DNA of 64,000 bases from Chthoniobacterales bacterium (GTDB lineage: Bacteria > Verrucomicrobiota > Verrucomicrobiia > Chthoniobacterales > Chthoniobacteraceae): contig JBBQZX010000006.1 in NCBI GenBank assembly GCA_038207335.1, forward strand, positions 139,984 through 203,983, in the 5' to 3' direction. The translations under genes were made by a program, and so were the position numbers. This document shows positions 36,747 through 44,374 of the stretch, in pieces. The notes beneath the pieces were generated by a model that saw nothing but the letters and a program-made list of their open reading frames with translations, was not told where the DNA came from and ran no database searches. The stretch's first letter is position 1. The number at the start of each line of letters is the position of its first letter.

Positions 36747-38846
36747 CTAGTCGTTCCGCTCGAAGCGCATCCGGAAACACCGGTCGCAGATGGGGTGCTT
36801 ATGCGCCTCGGGCAGGCCGTGACCGCACCGCCGGCAGCGGCGAACGATCTTTTTCTTGAGAGAATTCGAGATGTATTGGTTCGCCGAAAACGACGCGGCG
36901 AGCGCGTCCTCCATGTCGGGGAAAAGGTCGGGCATCCGGTGATGCATCCAGCGATACGCGGCCAGCAGGCGCACGCGGCCTTCTGCATTTTGGAGCTGGT
37001 TCGCGTTCGTCGTGCTGCCCTCCGCGGAGAAAACCGGACCGCGCGGCATCGGCGACGGCACATCTTCCGCGACCGCGGAAACCCACTGCCGCCAGACGCG
37101 GATGTGGTCGCCGCTGCGCGTATCGACGGGGCAGGCGCAGAGCGCAAATTGCGTTGTGAGCGAGAGGCTGAAGTCGCCGATTTGTCCGGCGAGATCGCGC
37201 ATCGAAGAGACGTCGGCCTTGCAGAAAAGATCGGTGTCGCCGGGCAGATTCGCGAAGCAATCGAGCAGCGACGGCAGATCGTTTTTACCCGTCTCGGTCG
37301 CGAGAAATTCGAGCATCTTGATGTGCGGCGCGATCGGCGCGATCATCGGCAGCGGCTCCGGCGGCGCAGCCATCGCCTCGCGAATGTGATCGAGATCGCG
37401 CCGGTTCAGCGCGGTCACGACGCCGACTTCGTGCATGCCGTAACGTCCGGCGCGTCCGGCGATTTGGCGGATCGAGGAGTCGCCGAGCGTGATCTCTTTT
37501 TCACCGTCCCACTTGGTCAGCGTGGTGAAGACGATCGTCTTCACCGGCAGGTTCAGCCCCAAGCCGATGGCATCAGTCGCCGAGACGATCTTCGCCTCGC
37601 CGACGCTGAACCGACGGGCTTCTTCGCGCCGCACCTCCGGCGAGAGCGCGCCATAAACGGCCGCGCAATCCGACGCGCCGAGCGTCTGTTTCCACGCCAG
37701 CACATCTTTCCGGGAGAACGAAATAAACGCCGACGCCTCCTCGACTTTCTTGTCGGGATCGAGCGGCGTCTCCGCGACTTCCAGCGGCGTGAGGCGCTCG
37801 GTGCGGATGATCTCCAGCGGCTCGCCGAGCCGGCTCGCGATCTCGCGCAGCACCGGCTCCGCGTCCGGCGAGCCAACAAAAATCACGAGCTTCGCGTTCA
37901 CGCCGACGATTGCCTGCGTCCACGCCCAGCCGCGGTCTTTGTCCGCGATCATTTGCACCTCGTCGATGATCGCCACGTCGTATTCCGCGTCCGTCGCGAG
38001 CATCTCGATCGTCGAGGAAATGTGCCGCGCGCCGGCATCGAGGATGCGCTCCTCGCCGGTGATCAGCGAACACGGGATGCCGCCCGCCTTCATCCGATCC
38101 CAGAATTCCGCCGCCATCAGCCGCAACGGCGCGAGATAAACGCCGCTCTGCGCCGCCGCGAGCTTTTGAAAAGCCTGATACGTCTTGCCCGAATTCGTCG
38201 GCCCCGAGATCAGCAAAAGCTGCCGCCCGCGCGCCCGCGCGCCGGGAAAAGTCTCGTGAAAACGATGCAGCGCGATCCCTTCCGCCATGCGGTGATTCGC
38301 CGCCCGCAGCGCGAGCTCGCGCACCGCGCTCGACGCGCGATCGACGAACAGCCGGACCGACAGCCGCCCCTCAATCTTGCGCAATTCCGCCTGAATGTCG
38401 GAGTCGCCCAGCCGGTCGCGATGCTCCGCGATCGCCTGCTCGATCCGCGGAAGCTGCACGGCGATTTCTTTTTTCAGCTCGACCACGAGCCGGCCCGCAT
38501 CGCCGGAAAGCTGACGCAGCCTTGATCCGAGCGCCGCAGCATTACGCGGACGATTGAGCGGCAGCGTCTCGAAGACGCTCAACTCGCAGATGTGCCCGCC
38601 GACCAGCGCGCGCTCCGAGACCTCCGCGACGACCATCGTCACATCCCGCTCGCAGAAAAGTCCGAGCCCGGCCGCCTCGGGCAGCTCCGCGATTTCATCC
38701 CAGCGGTCGCGCAGCCACGACTTGAAAATAGAGCGTCCGTGATGCGGCGTGGTCGGCGCGAGACCTTCCTGCGTGCGGCGTTGATCGAGCCAATGATCGA
38801 ATTCGGCGCGGGTGAAATGGCTGGAACGTTGCTCTAAAACTGACAT
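36747..38846 (-). CDS. SUV3-like superfamily 2 helicase with C-terminal CxxC…CxxC motif
   Basis: GPTNSGKTY, GVYLAPLRLMA, SLITGEE, IIDEVQM…RGWAWTQA, VYGALSPEVR, ATDAIGLGLNL, QIAGRAGRYG and tail CRRC-X10-CDRC. Confidence 0.9.
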   Translation of the reverse strand: MSVLEQRSSHFTRAEFDHWLDQRRTQEGLAPTTPHHGRSIFKSWLRDRWDEIAELPEAAGLGLFCERDVTMVVAEVSERALVGGHICELSVFETLPLNRPRNAAALGSRLRQLSGDAGRLVVELKKEIAVQLPRIEQAIAEHRDRLGDSDIQAELRKIEGRLSVRLFVDRASSAVRELALRAANHRMAEGIALHRFHETFPGARARGRQLLLISGPTNSGKTYQAFQKLAAAQSGVYLAPLRLMAAEFWDRMKAGGIPCSLITGEERILDAGARHISSTIEMLATDAEYDVAIIDEVQMIADKDRGWAWTQAIVGVNAKLVIFVGSPDAEPVLREIASRLGEPLEIIRTERLTPLEVAETPLDPDKKVEEASAFISFSRKDVLAWKQTLGASDCAAVYGALSPEVRREEARRFSVGEAKIVSATDAIGLGLNLPVKTIVFTTLTKWDGEKEITLGDSSIRQIAGRAGRYGMHEVGVVTALNRRDLDHIREAMAAPPEPLPMIAPIAPHIKMLEFLATETGKNDLPSLLDCFANLPGDTDLFCKADVSSMRDLAGQIGDFSLSLTTQFALCACPVDTRSGDHIRVWRQWVSAVAEDVPSPMPRGPVFSAEGSTTNANQLQNAEGRVRLLAAYRWMHHRMPDLFPDMEDALAASFSANQYISNSLKKKIVRRCRRCGHGLPEAHKHPICDRCFRMRFERND

Positions 38847-39247
38847 GGATTTTTCGTTAAATGGATGGAGCGCGGGCCGTCGTGCGGTTCACGACTGAGA
38901 CAGCAGTGAGGAGCTGAAAAGCTCGCGCGAGCGCCCTGTTTCAGTCCCTTGCAAAGTCACTCGGGAAACAGCGCGCCGCGCACCATACACACCTCGCGCC
39001 CCTTTGCACGCATTTGCATCGATGCGTCGGCGCGACTCCCCGGCAAGCCCCTCCACCTCCGCACCGCATTTCCCAAAATCACCTCGCCATCTCGTTCGAC
39101 GACTTCGCGGACGCGCGCGTCTTCCTGCTCGGCGCGCCGCACGGAGACGTCCGCCTGCGCGTTCGCCCGCCACGGCCACGGCGACGCAGCCGGGACGGGT
39201 TTTTGTTGTCCGCGGAAGTCGAAACCTGTAGCACCGGTAGGAGCATC

Positions 39248-40234
39248 ATGGGTCGCTCACGAAAAGCATTTCGGATTAGACCTAATCTGCCGGACGAGCT
39301 GGCTGCTGAGTTAGGAATTCCCACGGACCTCTCTGAATACGAGTCTGAGAAATACTTCGGGAGTTTTGAGGACCGCTTCTTCTACCACCACTTTGCCTAT
39401 CGCGGACGAAGTCTCTATCATTACACGCGACAAGAAGCCTTCGTCTCGATCATCAGCAATCAAACCTTCTGGGTCAGCAATGTTCGCCATTTCAGCGACT
39501 ATTCGGAGATCGAATATGCTTATGAGATTCTTCGGGGTTTGATTTCCGAAATCTCAGGGAAAGCAAAATACGGTTTGGAGCCCGCGTTCTTGCATCAAGT
39601 GATGAATGACGCAAAGCCCGATCAGCGAGACAGTTACGTGCTATGTTTCTCGACGAAGTTTGACGACCTGAACCAGTGGCGAAGCTACGCCGCGCCGGGG
39701 CTTGGATATTGCATGGGGTTCTCCACTGACTCCCTCGAACAACTTCAAGAGCGCTATCAGGGCCGCTTGGGTCAGTGCGTGTACTCCCGCAAGGCCCAGC
39801 GGGAGATATTGGGGGAAATTTTGGCTTATGCGTTGCGGGATCTAGCATCCTATTTTCCCCATTACGGGAAGGGGGATATCAATGAAGGCTTGGTCGAGGC
39901 CCGTTCGATAGTGTTTGCAGCACACTTCGCCACCATTGCGCCTCTTTTTAAGAATCCGGCATTTGCTGACGAATCAGAGGTGAGACTTGTTTTCGATACC
40001 CCGAAAACCCCAGCTCCAATTAGATTCCGGTCTGGCAGTACCTCGATCGTGCCATTTATGGATGTGAACTTTCAGGTCAGCGACCTAACCGCAATCTCTC
40101 CAGAATCTTTGGTCGTCAAAACTTGCTCAAGACCAGAATTCGTTACGGGATCCGCGAAAAAATTCCTAGCGGCATGTGGGTACGAAAAAGTGTCGGTCAC
40201 TTCTTCGAAAATACCGTTTCGCGAGGGGCTCTAA
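39248..40234 (+). CDS. DUF2971 domain-containing protein, lower GC
   Basis: LYHYT, FSDYSE, CFSTKFDDLNQWRSYA…GYCMGF and FKNPAFADESEVRL. GC is 30/60 in 39301-39360, well below the flanks. The start is uncertain. Confidence 0.82.
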   Translation: MGRSRKAFRIRPNLPDELAAELGIPTDLSEYESEKYFGSFEDRFFYHHFAYRGRSLYHYTRQEAFVSIISNQTFWVSNVRHFSDYSEIEYAYEILRGLISEISGKAKYGLEPAFLHQVMNDAKPDQRDSYVLCFSTKFDDLNQWRSYAAPGLGYCMGFSTDSLEQLQERYQGRLGQCVYSRKAQREILGEILAYALRDLASYFPHYGKGDINEGLVEARSIVFAAHFATIAPLFKNPAFADESEVRLVFDTPKTPAPIRFRSGSTSIVPFMDVNFQVSDLTAISPESLVVKTCSRPEFVTGSAKKFLAACGYEKVSVTSSKIPFREGL

Positions 40235-40243
40235 ACAACCCGC

Positions 40244-40310
40244 CTTCGTTCCCCCAGCTCTGGCTTCGGGGCTGGGAGGGGGGCAGCTTCGTCCCGCTGG
40301 GGACTGAATG
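40244..40310. repeat. Pair of REP-like/terminator hairpins between convergent genes
   Basis: CCCAGCTCTG-GCTT-CGGGGCTGGG (40253-40276), followed by TTCGTCCC-GCT-GGGGACTGAA. Confidence 0.5.
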
Positions 40311-40411
40311 AGGAGTGGTATTCTCTCGGAGTTGGTCCACGGGTAGGCGGAGGGTGCCCCACCTTTCGACGGAGGCGATGGTTCCTCGTCTTTTTGGCGG
40401 GAAAGGCGCGG

Positions 40412-42442
40412 TCACGCGTCGGCTGGCGGGCTCACTTCGCGGATGGTCACGTCGCCGGTGAGTAGCGAGAGCTCGATGGGGTTGTCTCTCGCCGCGGTGA
40501 ACGTGGCGGTGAAGCCACCAGCTTTGAACTTGCCGATCTGGCCCGAGACGAAACCGAAATGGTCGCCGTCGCCGGCGCTGATGCCACCGGTGCCGATGAC
40601 GGTGCCGAGGATTTGGATATCCCGGATCGCCGAGATGGTGCCACCGGCGATGATCACGTCGTCTCCGTCGCCGAAGACATCCAGCGGCATGCCGATCACA
40701 TTGTCGGCCTGGACGCCGGCCACGAGGTCGCTGGCGATCCAGTCGCCGCTGACGCGCACCGCTCTGATCTGCGCGTTTCCATTCACGGGGTTGAGGCTGA
40801 GGTCGTAGCCGGCGAGGATTTGCGCGTGCTCGACGCGTCCGCGCACGGCGATTCGGGTGAGCGCCTGGTCCGTGGGGGCCGTGGGAATCGCCTGGCCGCG
40901 GGCGCTGATGACGACGGTGGAGGCGCCGGTGCCGGTATCCTGGTGGCCGACGATACTGCCGTAGACGTTCAGCTTGCCGATGTGGTCCCCCGCGCGGATC
41001 GTGGCGGAGTCGAGGAGGTCGCCCATGGTGCTGGTGTCGGTGCCGGCGAGGATCGAACCGCCGATGGTCAAACTGGCGATGCCTTTGGTCGCGAGGATCG
41101 AGCCCGTGTCCTCCAGATCCGGATCAAGGTCGGCGATGCTGCCGCCGATGAGGTCGCGGCCGATCGCGATTTTGCCGATCGCGGCGCCGCTGATCGTGCC
41201 GCTGCTTTTGTTCGAGCCGCCGACGAGAGAGCCGCCGATGCTCACCGCCGCGAGATCCCGGCTGGAAATGAACCCGGAAACGATGCCGCCACCGCCCTGC
41301 AAGTCGTGGCCGATCTTCACCGCCGCTACGTCGCCCGTGGCCTGAAGCCCGCCGCTGGCTGGACCCGCACCGCCGACGACCGAGCCGCCGATGGTCGCAG
41401 AAGTGATATTTCCCAATCCGCTGATGTAGCCCGACGCCTTGCCGGGGCCGCCGCGCACGTCGCCGTCGATCGTCACCGACTTGAGGAGGCCACTGCTGCG
41501 GATGAATCCGCTCTGGAAGCCGTTACCGCCTAGGAGCGAACCGCCGATGGTGATGCTCCCGATGCCGCCGTCGTCCGCCCCGAGGCCGGTGAAGCTCGCG
41601 ATAACGCCCGAAGTCGCGCCGCCGCCGCCCTGCACATTGCCGCCGATCTTCACCGCGCCGAGGACGCTGCTGCTGCGGATTTGGCCACTGGAATCTCCCG
41701 CCCCACCGAGGAGCGAACCGCCCACGGTCACGCTCTTGATGGAGCGCAGGTCGCTTTGAATGGAGCCCGTGCCGAGACCCGCGCCACCCTCGATATTGCC
41801 GCCGATTTTTACCGTTTCGATGCTTCCGCTGGTCTGGATCGACCCACTCCGGTCGGCCGCCCCGCCGATGAGCGAGCCGCCGATCTCGATCGTGCGGATG
41901 AACCCTTGGGAGCCACTGCCGGCGGCGGTGACGTGCAGGTAGGCATCCTTCACATCGTGCGCGATCTTGACCGTCCGGACCGCGCCGTCGATGTCGCTCA
42001 CGAGGTCCCCCGTGCCCCCCTGGGTGGCGAGGCCGTAGCGGCCCATCGACTGCGAGGAGAGCAGCAGCAGCGCGTAGATCGAGGAGGTACTCGGATCACC
42101 GACGTCGATCGAGCCGAGATCGCCGGGGATCGTCACCCCGAGGAGATCGAGTCCCGTGGCGTTGACGCGGCCGACATTCACGTGGCCGTCGCCGAGCGGC
42201 CCGCGCTTGGCCGTCACGGTGAGGTTCGTGCTGGCAAAAGCGGTCGGGTTCAGGGTGAAGTCGATGACTTGCAAATGCCGCGGATGCGTGGCATCGGCAT
42301 CGCTAAAGACGAGCACGCCCGCCGCCGCGAGGTCGGCATTGACACCTTTGCTCGAGCTGACGGTGACGAGGTCGCCATCGAGGTCGGTGAAGGTAAAGAC
42401 GGCGGCGGGAGCGATCCGGGCTTCGAGGGGTTCGATGTTCAT
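40412..42442 (-). CDS. Extracellular Gly-rich repeat protein with an LEPR-like N-terminal motif (IEPLEARIAPA)
   Basis: Start MNIEPLEARIAPAAVFTFTDLDGD (ATG 42442), followed by about 11-12 repeats of ~26 aa of the form xVxIGGSLxGGxGxxSGxIxS. Confidence 0.85.
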   Translation of the reverse strand: MNIEPLEARIAPAAVFTFTDLDGDLVTVSSSKGVNADLAAAGVLVFSDADATHPRHLQVIDFTLNPTAFASTNLTVTAKRGPLGDGHVNVGRVNATGLDLLGVTIPGDLGSIDVGDPSTSSIYALLLLSSQSMGRYGLATQGGTGDLVSDIDGAVRTVKIAHDVKDAYLHVTAAGSGSQGFIRTIEIGGSLIGGAADRSGSIQTSGSIETVKIGGNIEGGAGLGTGSIQSDLRSIKSVTVGGSLLGGAGDSSGQIRSSSVLGAVKIGGNVQGGGGATSGVIASFTGLGADDGGIGSITIGGSLLGGNGFQSGFIRSSGLLKSVTIDGDVRGGPGKASGYISGLGNITSATIGGSVVGGAGPASGGLQATGDVAAVKIGHDLQGGGGIVSGFISSRDLAAVSIGGSLVGGSNKSSGTISGAAIGKIAIGRDLIGGSIADLDPDLEDTGSILATKGIASLTIGGSILAGTDTSTMGDLLDSATIRAGDHIGKLNVYGSIVGHQDTGTGASTVVISARGQAIPTAPTDQALTRIAVRGRVEHAQILAGYDLSLNPVNGNAQIRAVRVSGDWIASDLVAGVQADNVIGMPLDVFGDGDDVIIAGGTISAIRDIQILGTVIGTGGISAGDGDHFGFVSGQIGKFKAGGFTATFTAARDNPIELSLLTGDVTIREVSPPADA

Positions 42443-42544
42443 TTCGCGGACCTTCAAGTGAACGCTGGTGAAGCGCGAGAGAGATCGGCGGCATCCTGGC
42501 CTTCGCCCTTCACCGGGCACGCTCGTGCGGGGTTCGGATGAGAA

Positions 42545-42665
42545 AAGATGACGGGGTGGCGGAGCCGAACTCGACGAGGAGGTTTGAATCGTTCACGCCG
42601 AGGATGGTGGCGAGAGCGAGGCGGCATCCGAGGGGCTCGAAGTGGCTGGGGAAGTGGTCGTGATA
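42545..42665 (-). pseudogene. Remnant N-terminus of a second LEPR-like exported protein gene
   Basis: Reads HFEPLGCRLALATILGVNDSNLLVEFGSATP, a degenerate version of the EPLEARIAPA leader of the adjacent gene; the frame closes soon after. Confidence 0.45.
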
Positions 42666-42764
42666 GTCCCGCGAAGCCCCGCTTCCGGCAGAGATGCCTC
42701 GGACATAGCAGCTTTGTTTCATCACTGGCCCGGATGATGCAAGCGACGTTTGCGTGCTTGGCGA

Positions 42765-42820
42765 AAGTTCCCGCTCGTTCCCAAAGTTAGCGCAGCGCTT
42801 TGGGGACGAGAGACGAACTT
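42765..42820. repeat. REP-like palindrome
   Basis: CTCGTTCCCAAAG (42774-42786) pairs with CTTTGGGGACGAG (42798-42810), with an outer AAGTTC/GAACTT pair. A matching half site GCTTGGGAACGAG occurs at 31361-31373. Confidence 0.7.
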
Positions 42821-42901
42821 GTGAAAGCGAGGACAGCGCGCAGCGCACCCCACGGAGAGTTCAGACTTGCGCGATTTTTTGAACGAAGCAGTCGCGGCTC
42901 T

Positions 42902-44314
42902 TCAGTCGGCCGCGCGGCCGGGTTCGCGCCGGCCGTTGCCGGGCCGCTTCGTGAGCGCATCGCCGAGGTCTTCGCGCGCCGTTTCGGCGAGGGCTTCGAG
43001 GCGTTTGACGACTTCGGGGTGCTCGCCGGCCACGTCCTGCGTCTCGCTCACATCGTTGCTGAGATGGTAGAGTTCGCGCCCGATTTCCTGCATCCGGTAT
43101 TGGCCGGGGATGCCGTCCTTTCCCGGAGTCTGGCCCTGCATGGTGCGGGACTTGTGGGGGAAGAAGAGTTTCCAATCGCCGCTGCGGACCGCCTGCAGCG
43201 CGTTGGTGTCGTAGTAGAAAAAGTAGGCGTCATGCGGGTTTTTCGCGCCGGGGGCGCCGGTGAAGAGCGGCCAGATGTCGAGGCCGTCGATCCTTTGCGC
43301 GGGGAGTTCCGCGCCGATGAGCCGGGCCACGGTGGGGAAGACATCGATGGTCATGGCGACCTCATCGCAGACGGTGTTCGCGGGGATTTTCCCCGGCCAG
43401 CGCGCGATGAACGGCTCGCGGTGCCCGCCGTCGAAGGTCGTCCCTTTCCCCTCGCGCAACGGGCTCGCGGAGCCGGCGTGATTGCCGTAGCTGAGCCACG
43501 GGCCGTTGTCGGAGGTGAAGATGACGAGGGTGTTTTCGTCGAGGCCGTTGCGCTTCAAGGCACCGAGGATTTCGCCGACGGCCCAGTCGATTTCCATGAT
43601 GACGTCGCCATAGAGACCGAGCTCGGATTTGCCGCGGAATTTATCGCTCACATGCAGCGGGACGTGCGGCATATTCGGCGTGACGTAGAGGAAGAAGGGG
43701 TGGCCTTTATTTCGCTCGATGAAGGAGACGGCGTGCTCGGCGTACTGCGTGGTGAGCTGCTCTTGATCCTCGTGCGTGAGGCCGATTTTGATCTGCTTTT
43801 CGCCATCGTAGAGCGGCAGCGGCGGGAACTTCGACTCGGGGTGCAGCGGCCACATGTCGTTCGAGTAGGGCAGGCCGAAATACTCGTCGAAGCCGTGCCG
43901 GGTCGGGAGAAATTGCGGGCGATCACCGAGATGCCATTTGCCGAAGATCGCCGTCGCGTAGCCGCGTGATTTCGCGAGCTGCGCGAGCGTCACTTCGTGG
44001 TCGCTGAGGCCGACTTTGGAGCCGGGCGGGAGCGCGCCGTTGATGCCGAGGCGGTTGGGATAACAGCCGGTGAGCAGCGCCACGCGCGACGCCGAGCAAA
44101 CCGGCTGCGCGGCGTGCCAGTCCGTGAAGCGCCGGCCTTCGCGCGCCATCCGATCGAGGTTCGGTGTCTGAAAACCTTTCGCGCCGAAGACGCCGACATC
44201 CGCGTAGCCTTGGTCGTCGGTGAAAATGATGACGACGTTCGGAGGGCGCGCGTCCGCGAAAACGTGAGCGGCGGCGAGCAGGACGGCGGCGAAAACAGCT
44301 AGGAGGGAGCGCAT
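42902..44314 (-). CDS. Sulfatase (arylsulfatase A-like, exported)
   Basis: Signal peptide, [38 protein letters not shown] and FTSDNGPW. Confidence 0.93.
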   Translation of the reverse strand: MRSLLAVFAAVLLAAAHVFADARPPNVVIIFTDDQGYADVGVFGAKGFQTPNLDRMAREGRRFTDWHAAQPVCSASRVALLTGCYPNRLGINGALPPGSKVGLSDHEVTLAQLAKSRGYATAIFGKWHLGDRPQFLPTRHGFDEYFGLPYSNDMWPLHPESKFPPLPLYDGEKQIKIGLTHEDQEQLTTQYAEHAVSFIERNKGHPFFLYVTPNMPHVPLHVSDKFRGKSELGLYGDVIMEIDWAVGEILGALKRNGLDENTLVIFTSDNGPWLSYGNHAGSASPLREGKGTTFDGGHREPFIARWPGKIPANTVCDEVAMTIDVFPTVARLIGAELPAQRIDGLDIWPLFTGAPGAKNPHDAYFFYYDTNALQAVRSGDWKLFFPHKSRTMQGQTPGKDGIPGQYRMQEIGRELYHLSNDVSETQDVAGEHPEVVKRLEALAETAREDLGDALTKRPGNGRREPGRAAD

Positions 44315-44374
44315 GGCGAAGTCGTAGCCAGCGCGGCGGTGCTCGCCAAACTTTCCGTGCCGGGAGGCGCGGGG

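Noticed and set aside
38893..38946. Hammerhead ribozyme reading of the multi-stem structure
   Set aside because: The CUGANGA and GAAA core elements are not in the required positions on either strand.
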